DNA of 64,000 nucleotides from Patescibacteria group bacterium. GTDB taxonomy: Bacteria; Patescibacteriota; Patescibacteriia; UBA1558; GWA2-36-10. The translations under genes and the position numbers were made by a program. The notes under the pieces were generated by a model. It saw nothing but the letters and a program-made list of their open reading frames with translations, made no database searches and was not told the origin of the DNA. The stretch spans positions 44-64,043 of the forward strand of contig JBAYIQ010000001.1 of assembly GCA_041665545.1 (NCBI GenBank). The letters run 5' to 3'. Below are positions 19,459 through 29,392 of the stretch, piece by piece. The first letter of the stretch is position 1. Each line of letters opens with the position of its first letter.

Positions 19459-19872
19459 ATGTCAGAAGAAATCAAGTCCAAGTCAATAACCTTTGCCGTT
19501 GGTAGAAGAAAATCAGCTATTGCTAGAGTTAGGATTATGTCTGAAAAAAGCAGTGGTATTAGTATCACCATCAATGACAAAGACTACAAACTCTATCTAC
19601 CATATTTTGAGTGGCAACAAGATTTATTGGCACCGCTAAAAATCACTGGTCAAGATAAAATTGTTATCTCGGTCCGCGTCAAAGGAGGCGGTATCAAGGG
19701 GCAAGTTGACGCTATAGTAAATGGCCTAGCCAAAGCTTTACTAAAAATTGATGAAAATTTCCGCGCGGCTTTGAGAAAAGAAGGACTCCTTACCCGCGAT
19801 TCTCGTATCAAGGAACGAAAGAAACCGGGTCTCAAAAAAGCCCGCCGCGCCCCGCAATGGAGCAAACGCTAG
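19459..19872 (+). CDS. rpsI: 30S ribosomal protein S9
   Basis: C-terminal ...RKKPGLKKARRAPQWSKR typical of S9. Confidence 0.9.
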   Translation: MSEEIKSKSITFAVGRRKSAIARVRIMSEKSSGISITINDKDYKLYLPYFEWQQDLLAPLKITGQDKIVISVRVKGGGIKGQVDAIVNGLAKALLKIDENFRAALRKEGLLTRDSRIKERKKPGLKKARRAPQWSKR

Positions 19873-19935
19873 TTTGCGACATGTTGAGCAAGGTCGAAAG
19901 ATGGAGCAAACGTTAAAAATTATTTTTATATACTC

Positions 19936-19972
19936 AAAAACCCCTATAAAATACGGGGTTTTTGCTTTTTTT
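19936..19972 (+). terminator. rho-independent terminator after rpsI
   Basis: aaaaacccctataaaatacggggtttttgcttttttt. Confidence 0.5.
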
Positions 19973-20012
19973 AGCTATTTTCAAAGACCTTTTCTTTTGT
20001 TATAATTAGCCC

Positions 20013-21467
20013 ATGGAGCAAAGCCGAAATATGACCAGTGGCCAAAAAATCACCTCAAATACCAGCTGGTATTTGTTAGCTCTGATTTTCCAAAAAATAT
20101 TATCTTTTGCCTATTTTACAATCTTGGCCAGATTCTTGGGACCAAATGATTATGGGCAATACCAATTAGCGCTTAATTTTGCCTTGATGCTTTCGGTTCT
20201 GGCTGATTTGGGTTTGTCAGCTGTCTTGATTCGAGAAACCGCCAGAAAGCAAATTGACCAGAAGCAACTTTTTCGTCAAATATTTTCTCTCAAATTATTA
20301 TTGAGCATTTTGTCATTGGCTATTATCATAATTTGTAATCTGCTACTTTATGCCAACAACCCAGTGCGTCCCCTTATTTTTTTAACTGGCTTTATAGTTA
20401 TTATTGATAGTTTTACTTTATTGTTTTATGGTTTTTTACGCGGTCAGCAAAATTTGTATTACGAATCAATTGGCACAATAGTTTTCCAAGTTATTATTTT
20501 GACTCTGGGCTTGATCTTGATGCAGTTTAATCGTGATCCGTTTTTCTTTATTATAGTGGTACTTTTGGCTAGCAGTTTTAATTTTTTATATTCTCTGATT
20601 TTAATCAATAAGAAATATCAGGTTAAATTGGGTTGGTATTTTGATAAAAAATTAGTGCGCAGTATTTTTTTTATAGCTTGGCCTTTTGCTTTGTCAGCTT
20701 TGTTTGCTAAGATTTATGCTTACATTGATGGTTTGATTTTAGAGCAGATGCAAGGCGCTTCCCAAATGGGCTTGTATAGCGTGGCCTACAAAATAACTTT
20801 TGCTTTTCAATTTATACCTTTAGCTTTTGTGGCCGCTCTTTATCCGGCTTTTTCTCATTATTGGCAGAATGACAAAAGTCAGTTAGAAAACACTTTGCTC
20901 AGGGCCATAAATTATTTGGGTTATATTGCTTTACCAATTTCCGCTGGTGTTATGTGTCTGGCACCAAATATTATTAGTCAGCTTTATACTAGCAATTATA
21001 GTGGTTCAAGTTTACCTTTACAGATTTTGATTGCTAGTTTGCCATTTTTATTTATCAATTTTGCTTTGTCGTATTTTTTGAATGCTACCGATCGCCAGCG
21101 CACCAACACTTTTAATTTGGGTTTGGTAATGATCTTGAATGTTGTTTTAAATGTTGTGCTTATTCCCCAGTGGTCCACTTTGGGAGCCAGTTTAGCGTCC
21201 ACTATTAGCACTATTAGCTTATTCTGTCTGAATTTAACTGCGGTCTACAAGGTGACGCAAATTAAACTGAGAGATTGGTGGCCCCTGCTTAGGGCTATTA
21301 TGGCTAGTTTATTGATGGCTTTAGTAGTAATTTTCTTGGCTAAAATATTAAATATTTGGCTGTGTATGATTTTTGGCTTTTTGGTGTATTTTGGCTTTTT
21401 AATATTATTTAAAAATTTGGGAAAAGAGGATTATTTTTATATTAGACGGGCTTTAAAAAAGAGTTAA
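20013..21467 (+). CDS. polysaccharide/oligosaccharide flippase (MOP superfamily, Wzx-like)
   Basis: 484 aa, ~12-14 TM helices, first gene of the glycosyltransferase cluster. Confidence 0.7.
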   Translation: MEQSRNMTSGQKITSNTSWYLLALIFQKILSFAYFTILARFLGPNDYGQYQLALNFALMLSVLADLGLSAVLIRETARKQIDQKQLFRQIFSLKLLLSILSLAIIIICNLLLYANNPVRPLIFLTGFIVIIDSFTLLFYGFLRGQQNLYYESIGTIVFQVIILTLGLILMQFNRDPFFFIIVVLLASSFNFLYSLILINKKYQVKLGWYFDKKLVRSIFFIAWPFALSALFAKIYAYIDGLILEQMQGASQMGLYSVAYKITFAFQFIPLAFVAALYPAFSHYWQNDKSQLENTLLRAINYLGYIALPISAGVMCLAPNIISQLYTSNYSGSSLPLQILIASLPFLFINFALSYFLNATDRQRTNTFNLGLVMILNVVLNVVLIPQWSTLGASLASTISTISLFCLNLTAVYKVTQIKLRDWWPLLRAIMASLLMALVVIFLAKILNIWLCMIFGFLVYFGFLILFKNLGKEDYFYIRRALKKS

Positions 21468-21468
21468 A

Positions 21469-22560
21469 ATGAAAAAAGTTTTAGTGCTTACTCATGAATA
21501 TTTTCCCTTTGCTGGTGGTGTGGCCATGTATTGTTATAATTTATTCAAAAATTTTCCAGCCGAAAATTATCTGGTCGCCAGTGATTGTCCAGAACTAAAA
21601 AATCAAAATAATAATGTTAAGATAAAATTAGTATCTTCCTATCTTTGGCCACACTGGTTACCGGGTTTATGGGCTGTTGTTCGATTAGTCAGAAAAAATA
21701 AAATTAAGGTAATTTTTACACCAAATATTTTACCTTTGGGATCCATAGCTTATATAATAAAAAAAATATTCGGTATACCTTATGTCATTTCTTTGCATGG
21801 TTTGGATATTAACTTAGCTTTACAGAACAAACCAACTTGGACCAAGAAAATATTGCAATCAGCCCAAGCGATTGTTTGCAATACCCAATATACTTCCGGA
21901 TTGATCAAAGACTTAGTTCCAGTTGATAAGGTCAGCGTTATTTATCCAAACATTAGTATTAATTCAGAAAAGATTTCGGCAGAGCAAATAAAGTCAATAA
22001 AAGAAAAATATCAAGTTGGTAGCGCCAAAGTGATTTTGACTGTTGGCAGATTAGTAGAGAGAAAAGGGCACGCTTTAGTGATTGAGGCCTTGAAAAACTT
22101 AGCGGATTTGGATTGTAAATATTGGATAGTGGGTGATGGCCCCAATAGAGCTAATTTGGAAAAACAAGTTATGAATAATAATTTGTCAGACAAAGTATTT
22201 TTTTTGGGGAGAGTGGATACCGAACAATTACCATTGTTCTATCAAGCGGCAGATTTGTTTGTCATGCCCAATCAAGAGCTGGGTAGTGATGTCGAGGGCT
22301 TCGGTATGGTTTTTTTGGAAGCGGCTACCTTTGGCTTGCCGATTATTGCTGGGTTTAGCGGTGGTGTCAAAGAAATATTTACAGGCAATGGAGATGTTTG
22401 CTACGCTGATAACACCCAAGATATTGCTCTAGCTATTAGAGATTTATTGACTGATGAAAAAAAGGCAGCTAGTTATGGTCAGCAAGCATATTTAATCAGT
22501 GAAAAGTTTAAAAACAAACAAGCCGAAAGTATTAAGTTATTAGAAAAGATTTTAAGTTAA
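21469..22560 (+). CDS. glycosyltransferase family 4 (GT-B)
   Basis: EGFGMVFLEAATFGLPIIA E-x7-E motif. Confidence 0.8.
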   Translation: MKKVLVLTHEYFPFAGGVAMYCYNLFKNFPAENYLVASDCPELKNQNNNVKIKLVSSYLWPHWLPGLWAVVRLVRKNKIKVIFTPNILPLGSIAYIIKKIFGIPYVISLHGLDINLALQNKPTWTKKILQSAQAIVCNTQYTSGLIKDLVPVDKVSVIYPNISINSEKISAEQIKSIKEKYQVGSAKVILTVGRLVERKGHALVIEALKNLADLDCKYWIVGDGPNRANLEKQVMNNNLSDKVFFLGRVDTEQLPLFYQAADLFVMPNQELGSDVEGFGMVFLEAATFGLPIIAGFSGGVKEIFTGNGDVCYADNTQDIALAIRDLLTDEKKAASYGQQAYLISEKFKNKQAESIKLLEKILS

Positions 22561-22566
22561 AAAAAT

Positions 22567-23736
22567 ATGACACAGTATGATGTAATCATGTTTGGCATGT
22601 CAAACTATTCCGAGTGGGATAGAGGAGTGTCCAATCGCAATTATCATGTTTTGAAAGAATTGCTTAACAAGCCCGAAGTCAACAAGGTTTTGTACGTTGA
22701 TTATTTGCCTTTGACTTGGAAAAGAGCTCTGCGTATTTTGAAGCAAGATATTTTTGTTGATTTGAAAAATTCGCAAGTAGTTAGTCGTGGTGCCACTTTC
22801 AAAGTTTCCAAGTTGTCAGAAAAATTGTTTGTTTACACTGATATTAGTTTTGTTTTTTCTCCCATGCTGACTATCAACAACATAAAAAAACTTTCCTTAA
22901 AATTAAATTTTGGTGATTTAGTTTTGTGGTCGCTTAATCCATTTATTGCTCCTTTTTGGCAAAAATTTGGTGCTAAGCTAGTGGTTTTTGACGCAGTGGA
23001 TAATTGGCTTTCCCACTCATCCTATACTAAACTACAAGCTAGATTAAAAAAATGTTACGATTTGGTAAAAAGCGAAGCTGATATTATTTTCACGGTTTCC
23101 AAAAATCTGCTTAATTTTTTTGAAGATCAGCCCAATGTGCATTGGATTCCCAATGGTGTAGATTTTATTCATTACAATAAGCAATACACCCTAGTCAATA
23201 GAGATATTTCCGATATAAAGAAACCAATCATTGGTTACATTGGAATTATTCAGGAAAAAGTTGATTTGGATCTTGTTCATTATCTGGCTGAAAAAAACCC
23301 AGACAAGTCTATTGTTTTGGTTGGTCCGATTTGGGATGAGCAGACTTTGCAAAAAAAAGAACTTAGTAGCTACCAAAATATTTATTGGCTTGGTCACAAG
23401 TCATATGAAGAAGCGCCAATGTATATTCAGCAATTTACCATTGGTATTGTGCCACATCGAGCCAATGAATTCAGCGCCAGCACCAATCCCATGAAAGTCT
23501 ATGAGTATTTGGCTTGTGGCAAACCAGTAGTATCGACAGAAAATGTTGGTACGGAAAATATGAATGACGTAATAAAAGTAGCTAGTGGCTATGAGGATTT
23601 CAATCAGCAAGTAAACTTGGAATTAAAAAACGACTCAAGCGAGAAGATTGTTTTACGCCAAGAATTTGCCAAAAAATATTCATGGTACAATACCGTGGAA
23701 AAAATGCTTGATATTATTAATAAAAAATTAATTTAA
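22567..23736 (+). CDS. glycosyltransferase, GT-B group 1-like
   Basis: C-terminal GIVPHRANEF...NPMKVYEYLACGKPVVST resembles the GT1/GT4 nucleotide-sugar binding region. Confidence 0.6.
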   Translation: MTQYDVIMFGMSNYSEWDRGVSNRNYHVLKELLNKPEVNKVLYVDYLPLTWKRALRILKQDIFVDLKNSQVVSRGATFKVSKLSEKLFVYTDISFVFSPMLTINNIKKLSLKLNFGDLVLWSLNPFIAPFWQKFGAKLVVFDAVDNWLSHSSYTKLQARLKKCYDLVKSEADIIFTVSKNLLNFFEDQPNVHWIPNGVDFIHYNKQYTLVNRDISDIKKPIIGYIGIIQEKVDLDLVHYLAEKNPDKSIVLVGPIWDEQTLQKKELSSYQNIYWLGHKSYEEAPMYIQQFTIGIVPHRANEFSASTNPMKVYEYLACGKPVVSTENVGTENMNDVIKVASGYEDFNQQVNLELKNDSSEKIVLRQEFAKKYSWYNTVEKMLDIINKKLI

Positions 23737-23738
23737 AT

Positions 23739-24605
23739 ATGAACCCAAAAGTATCAGTAGTCATAGTTCATTGGCGAGTGCGAAAATTGCTGGAGCAATG
23801 TTTGCGTAGCATTTATAAACAAATAGATCCCGAAGAAGTGGAGGTGATTGTGGTTGACAATGATTCTCAGGACGGCACTTCGGAAATGCTAATGGTGGAG
23901 TTTCCCAAAGTAAAGACCATTGCCTTGTCACAAAACAAGGGCTTTGCCTATGCTAATAATTTAGGAATAAAAATCGCGCATGGTCAGCTTATATTTTTGT
24001 TAAATCCCGATACTGTCATTGGTGATGGTTTTTTTGTCAAGAGCATGAAGTATATGGCTGAAAATCAAGGTGTGGCTATTGTCGGCCCATTATTGCTAAA
24101 TAAAGATGCTAGCGTGCAAGAATCAGTCAGGCGTTTTCCTGATTGGCGTTCGCATATTTTGATTTTATTAAAACTAAAAAACATTATTCCCCAGCAAAAA
24201 TTTTTAGCACATTATTTATATCCGGAGTTTGATTATCAGCGTGAAGCGGCTGTTGAACAGATAATGGGCGCGGCCATGATAATAAGACGCAGTGTTTTTG
24301 ACCAAATAGGTTTATTTGATCAGGGTTATTTTATTTGGTTTGAGGAAGTGGATTTTTGCCAGCGAGCTAGGAAGCATGGTTTGAGTATAAAATTTGTGCC
24401 AGATTTTTCAGTCACTCATTATGGAGGCGCCAGTTTTGAACAAGCCCCAACTGTGCACAAGCAAATGATGTTTAACCGCAGTTTGCTGCGTTATTTTTTC
24501 AAACACCAGCCCTGGTGGCAAAGCATGGTTTTGATGATAATCTTGCCCATTAATTTATTATTAACGGCTTTGTATGCTCTCTTTTTACGAATTAGAGAAC
24601 AATAA
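23739..24605 (+). CDS. glycosyltransferase family 2
   Basis: VSVVIVHWR...VDNDSQDGT DxD region, GT-A fold. Confidence 0.75.
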   Translation: MNPKVSVVIVHWRVRKLLEQCLRSIYKQIDPEEVEVIVVDNDSQDGTSEMLMVEFPKVKTIALSQNKGFAYANNLGIKIAHGQLIFLLNPDTVIGDGFFVKSMKYMAENQGVAIVGPLLLNKDASVQESVRRFPDWRSHILILLKLKNIIPQQKFLAHYLYPEFDYQREAAVEQIMGAAMIIRRSVFDQIGLFDQGYFIWFEEVDFCQRARKHGLSIKFVPDFSVTHYGGASFEQAPTVHKQMMFNRSLLRYFFKHQPWWQSMVLMIILPINLLLTALYALFLRIREQ

Positions 24606-26034
24606 ACCCATTTTATTTTGGAGCGGTATTTTAATTTTTTTAGAATTGCTCTCTGGCTTAGCTTGGTTTTATAATCCTTTGGCCATTGTTTTTTTTATTG
24701 TGCTGACCGGGATTTTAATTTTTGCTTATCGTCAAAATAAATCCTGGCTAGTATTATTACCACTTCTTGAATTGTTTTGGGGTAGTATGGGGCGCAGTAT
24801 AGAATATGGTTTTTTTAGTTTGCGCTGGTTGATTTTTATTATCACCATTTTATTTTTTTTAATAGCTAATTTTGGAAAATATAAAAGTTTAAAAATATTT
24901 CAAAATCAGGCAATAGGCAGAATTTTTGTAATCTACATCTGCTTGATGATTTTTTTGGTACTGCTAGCCATAATCAATCGTCATTCACTCAGTAATATTT
25001 TCTTTGACGCTAATGCTTATTTATTTTTCTTATATCTGCCAATTTGGCTGGAGTATTATGATGGCAGTGTTTTCAAGAAAATAGTAAATATTTTATTAGC
25101 TAGTTGTTTGGTGATCGCTGTCAAAACTATTATTGTTTTTTATTTATTTACGCAAAGTAGTTTTGATTTAGTGGGCTTATACAAATGGGTTAGAGACACT
25201 AGAACCGGAGAAATTACTAGATTAGACAATGGTTTTGCTCGGATTTTTTTTCAGTCACAAATATATTTACTATTGGCTTGGTCAATTATTTTTGATCGAG
25301 TCATAAAGTATCGCCCACGGGGCGACCGCCCTCCCCTCGGGTCCGAGCCTCGGGGTCGAGGACTGGACGGCAAATTAAACGCCAAAAAGTTTTTTTATTT
25401 AGTGATTTTGTCCACCGCTATTTATATTTCTTTGTCTAGAAGTTTATGGCTGGGCTTATTGCTGATTATCATTACTTTATTAATTTTAAATAAAAAAATC
25501 TTAGTAAGTTTAAGGTATTTGTTTTTTATTGGCCTAACAACTTATGCTTTAGTAGTAGTATTATTTAATATTCCAAAATATCACCAGATAAATTTATTGA
25601 ATAATCGTAGTTTGAGCAGTCAAGAAGCCGCCTTGTCCACCCGGACATTATTATTGCCGGTGATGTTGGACTCTATTTATGACAGCCCGATTATTGGTCA
25701 TGGTTTTGGGCAGGAGCTGACTTTTTTGAGCAATGATCCGCGTAGCAAAAATGCCCAAAATCCGAACGGGCAGAGGACCACTTTTTCTTTTGAATGGGGT
25801 TGGCTTGATTTTATGCTCAAAGGAGGCCTGCTATTGCCCCTATTCTTCGTTTATAGCTTAGTTTATATTATTAGGGCACTTTATGTTATAATTAGGTCAA
25901 AGCCCGAATTTATTGCCTGGTTGGCCATGTTTTTGGCCCTGCCCTTAATTCATGTTTTTACGCCTTATCTCAACCATCCTTTGGGCCTGGGTTTACTGAT
26001 TTTGGGGCTTATCAACACAAAAAATTATGTCTAA
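24574..26034 (+). CDS. O-antigen ligase/polymerase-like (Wzy-type) integral membrane protein carrying an in-frame GC-rich insert
   Basis: More than 10 TM helices; one large hydrophilic loop; insert encodes RPRGDRPPLGSEPRGRGLDG. Confidence 0.5.
   Translation: MLSFYELENNKPILFWSGILIFLELLSGLAWFYNPLAIVFFIVLTGILIFAYRQNKSWLVLLPLLELFWGSMGRSIEYGFFSLRWLIFIITILFFLIANFGKYKSLKIFQNQAIGRIFVIYICLMIFLVLLAIINRHSLSNIFFDANAYLFFLYLPIWLEYYDGSVFKKIVNILLASCLVIAVKTIIVFYLFTQSSFDLVGLYKWVRDTRTGEITRLDNGFARIFFQSQIYLLLAWSIIFDRVIKYRPRGDRPPLGSEPRGRGLDGKLNAKKFFYLVILSTAIYISLSRSLWLGLLLIIITLLILNKKILVSLRYLFFIGLTTYALVVVLFNIPKYHQINLLNNRSLSSQEAALSTRTLLLPVMLDSIYDSPIIGHGFGQELTFLSNDPRSKNAQNPNGQRTTFSFEWGWLDFMLKGGLLLPLFFVYSLVYIIRALYVIIRSKPEFIAWLAMFLALPLIHVFTPYLNHPLGLGLLILGLINTKNYV
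25312..25371. repeat. 60-bp GC-rich palindromic element inserted in-frame in the Wzy-like gene
   Basis: cgcccacggggcgaccgccctcccctcgggtccgagcctcggggtcgaggactggacgg in an otherwise ~30% GC gene; shares ctcggggtc with 34131-34139. Confidence 0.6.
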
Positions 26035-27037
26035 AATAGCGGCCAAAAATATTTCAGTCACTGTCTGTTTGCTGACCTGGAATGGCGAAAAATATTTGCC
26101 CATGTTTTTGAATAGTTTGTTGGAGCAAACATTTAAAAATTGGGAACTTTTGGTTTTGGATAATGCTTCGGCTGATAACTCCGTGGCAGTGGTTAGCGAG
26201 TATTATCCGCCAGCCAAAATTATCCGCCAAAAACAAAATGTTGGTTTTGCCAAAGGTAATAATTTGTTAATCAAATGGTCAAAGTCAGATTATGTTTTGG
26301 TGGTCAATCAAGACGTTGTTTTGGATAAAAATTATTTGCAAGTTCTGGTGGATTTTATGAGTAAGCACAAACAGGCCGGAAGCGTAGCTGGTAAATTGTA
26401 CTATTGGGATTATGATAATAATTTGATGACTGAGACAGTTGATTCGTTTGGTTTAAAGATTGATCGTCGGCGGGCAGTGGTTGATTACTTACAGGGTCAA
26501 GACAATCCACCAATGGAAACTCAAGAAGTATTTGGTTTGTCAGGGGCGGTCGTTATGTATCGTCGCCAGGCCTTGGAGTCTATAAAATACCGTATCCAAG
26601 ATGATGATTATGAATACTTTGATGAAGACTTTTTTGCCTACAAGGAAGATGTAGATATTGCTTGGCGACTGCGCTTGTGGGCTTGGGAAAATTGGCTAGT
26701 GGCCGATACACGGGCTCACCACCATCGTAGTGTGGCTTCTGGACTGGCTTTAAAAAAGCGCAGTCAGAATCGTGGTTTTGTAAATAAATTATCCTATCGC
26801 AATCAATGGTGGTTATTATTTAAAAATTCGTTTGTTAAGGATCTTATTCATGATAGTCGCTTTATTTTTTGGTACGAGTTTAAGAAATTAATTTATTTAA
26901 TTATTTTTGAAAGGTCAACATTGACTGCTTGGTCAGATTTTTTCAAATATTATTCCAAAATGGCTAAAAAAAGAAAATACATCATGTCCAATTATCAAGC
27001 TAAAGCAGAAAGCATAAACAAATGGTTTTATCGATAG
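26027..27037 (+). CDS. glycosyltransferase family 2
   Basis: VTVCLLTWNGEKYL...LDNASADNS GT-A DxD signature. Confidence 0.7.
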   Translation: MSKIAAKNISVTVCLLTWNGEKYLPMFLNSLLEQTFKNWELLVLDNASADNSVAVVSEYYPPAKIIRQKQNVGFAKGNNLLIKWSKSDYVLVVNQDVVLDKNYLQVLVDFMSKHKQAGSVAGKLYYWDYDNNLMTETVDSFGLKIDRRRAVVDYLQGQDNPPMETQEVFGLSGAVVMYRRQALESIKYRIQDDDYEYFDEDFFAYKEDVDIAWRLRLWAWENWLVADTRAHHHRSVASGLALKKRSQNRGFVNKLSYRNQWWLLFKNSFVKDLIHDSRFIFWYEFKKLIYLIIFERSTLTAWSDFFKYYSKMAKKRKYIMSNYQAKAESINKWFYR

Positions 27038-27828
27038 TAATTTTAAATTATAAAACAAAAAATTTAAGCAAGGAATTACTAAAAAACTTGCTTGATTTAA
27101 AATTGCCCTTTGAGCACGAGATTATTGTAGTTGACAATGCTTCTTATGACGGCTTAGACTCTATTATCAAGGAAAAATTTCCCAGCGTCAAATTTATCCA
27201 AAGCCAAAAAAATGGCGGTTTTGCCTATGGCAATAATTTGGGCATCAAGCAGGCAGTAGGGCAATATATAATGATCTGCAATCCTGATCTGGCTATACTA
27301 AGCGAGGCGGCAAGCCAGATGGTTGACTATATGGAGGCCAATCCTAGTGTGGGCTTGGCTGGCCCGCGCTTAATCAACGCCGACAAGAGCATTCAATATT
27401 CTTGCACAAATTTTCCTGATTGGCATTTACCAATATATAGACGCACTATGTTTAGCGAAAGCAAGGCCGGACAAACTTGGCTAGATAAATATTTATTGAA
27501 AAATTTAGATCACAATCAAAATTTTTTTGTGCCAGCTTTGTTTGGCGCTTGTTTGATTGTCAGGCGTTCCGCCATCGAAACGGTTGGGCTTTTGGATGAG
27601 CGCTATTTTATGTACATGGAAGATCTTGACTGGTCTAGGCGTTTTTGGGACAAGGGTTTTAAGGTGGCTTATATTGGCACAGCCGAAGTAATTCATCTGC
27701 ATCGCCGGCAATCAGCCGCTGATAATCTGCCCAAATCAATTTTTAGCCGCTCAGCTCGTAATCATATTATTAGTTTTATCAAATATTTACAGAAATTTCG
27801 TGGCCAGGGCTTGCCAAAAGTTGGCTAA
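27022..27828 (+). CDS. glycosyltransferase family 2
   Basis: LSIVILNYKT...VVDNASYDG, paralogous to 23739-24605. Confidence 0.75.
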   Translation: MVLSIVILNYKTKNLSKELLKNLLDLKLPFEHEIIVVDNASYDGLDSIIKEKFPSVKFIQSQKNGGFAYGNNLGIKQAVGQYIMICNPDLAILSEAASQMVDYMEANPSVGLAGPRLINADKSIQYSCTNFPDWHLPIYRRTMFSESKAGQTWLDKYLLKNLDHNQNFFVPALFGACLIVRRSAIETVGLLDERYFMYMEDLDWSRRFWDKGFKVAYIGTAEVIHLHRRQSAADNLPKSIFSRSARNHIISFIKYLQKFRGQGLPKVG

Positions 27829-27892
27829 AATTGCTTATTTTCTTGATTTATTAGCTAAAATTAGATAAAATACATTGTATAAATGACTTATT

Positions 27893-29383
27893 ATGTTAGA
27901 AAATAAAATGGACCAAAACAATATCAATGACGAGCAACAACAACGCTTAAGAAAGCTTGGTCTTTTTAAAGAAAAGGGGATTGATGCTTATCCAAGTAAA
28001 AACCAGCAATATGTTTCAATTGCTGAGTTTTTAAAGAATTACAAAACTTGGGTAAGGGCTAAAAAATCTTTGAAAATGGCCGGACGCATCAGAACACTGC
28101 GTTTGCAAGGCGGTTCTTGTTTTTTGCAATTTACGGATCACAGTGGTAGTTTACAAGCTTTTGTTCGGAAAGATAATTTGGGCGAGGATGCTTATCAGCT
28201 ATTTAAAAATGGCTTGGATGCTGGAGATATTGTGGAATTTTCTGGTTCGGCTTTTATTACCAAAACCCACGAGCCCACTATTTTAGTGAAAAAATTTGCG
28301 CTATTAAGCAAGGCCTTGTTGCCAATTCCTGACGCCTATTATGGCTTGAAAGATCCGGATACTAGATTTAGGCGCCGCTATCTTGATTTATTGACCAACC
28401 CAGAAATCAAAAAAATATTTTTATTACGCAGTGAGGTGATAAAATTTACGCGGCGTTATTTTGAAGAAGCTGGTTTTATTGAAGTCGACACTCCAGTTTT
28501 GCAAACCGTGGCCGGTGGAGCGGCCGCTACGCCTTTTGTCACTCACCACAAGTCATTAGACATTGATTTATATTTGCGAGTAGCGCCCGAGCTTTATCTC
28601 AAGCGTCTGATTATCGGTGGCTATGACAAAGTATTTGAGCTGGCGCGTTGTTTTCGTAATGAAGGCATTGACCACCAACATAATCCGGAGTTTACCCAGT
28701 TGGAAGCTTATTGGTCTTATCAAGACTATCAGGGCCTGATGAAGTGGATGGAAAAATTTTATGCTCAATTGGTCAAGAGCATAAGTAAGAGCTATGTGAT
28801 AAAAAACGGCAATGATAAATTAAACTTTAAACCACCCTTTAAGGTTTTGGACTTTAAGAAAGCTTTGGAAAAAGAAATCAAAGTAGATTTGGAAAAAACT
28901 AGCACCAGCCAACTCATCCAACTTGGTCAGCAAGCGGGCTTGACCATGGACAAAAATTGGGGCAGAGGCAAGGTCTTAGACGAGCTGTACAAAAAATTTG
29001 TACGCAAAACTATTATTCAACCGACCTTTATTATTCATCACCCCATCGAGCTTTCACCACTAGCCAAGCGCTTGCCCGACAAGGCAAATTACGTTGAACG
29101 TTTTCAGTTAGTAGTCAAAGGAGCGGAATTATGCAATGCTTTTTCCGAGTTGAGTGACCCACTGGATCAAGAGAAAAGATTCAAAGAGCAAACTCTGCTA
29201 AAAGACAAGGGAGACAGTGAAGCTTTTGAAGCCGACGTTGATTTTGTGGAAGCTTTGAAATACGGATTGCCACCCACAGCGGGCTTGGGGTTAGGTATTG
29301 ATCGCTTGGTTATGGTTTTGGGTAATGTTGATAATATAAAAGAAGTTATCATGTTTCCCACTATGCGTCCTAAAAAAGATTAA
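27893..29383 (+). CDS. lysS: lysine--tRNA ligase (class II)
   Basis: OB-fold N-domain, class II motifs (FRNEGIDHQHNPEFT, GLGIDRLVM). Confidence 0.9.
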   Translation: MLENKMDQNNINDEQQQRLRKLGLFKEKGIDAYPSKNQQYVSIAEFLKNYKTWVRAKKSLKMAGRIRTLRLQGGSCFLQFTDHSGSLQAFVRKDNLGEDAYQLFKNGLDAGDIVEFSGSAFITKTHEPTILVKKFALLSKALLPIPDAYYGLKDPDTRFRRRYLDLLTNPEIKKIFLLRSEVIKFTRRYFEEAGFIEVDTPVLQTVAGGAAATPFVTHHKSLDIDLYLRVAPELYLKRLIIGGYDKVFELARCFRNEGIDHQHNPEFTQLEAYWSYQDYQGLMKWMEKFYAQLVKSISKSYVIKNGNDKLNFKPPFKVLDFKKALEKEIKVDLEKTSTSQLIQLGQQAGLTMDKNWGRGKVLDELYKKFVRKTIIQPTFIIHHPIELSPLAKRLPDKANYVERFQLVVKGAELCNAFSELSDPLDQEKRFKEQTLLKDKGDSEAFEADVDFVEALKYGLPPTAGLGLGIDRLVMVLGNVDNIKEVIMFPTMRPKKD

Positions 29384-29392
29384 AACAATTTT

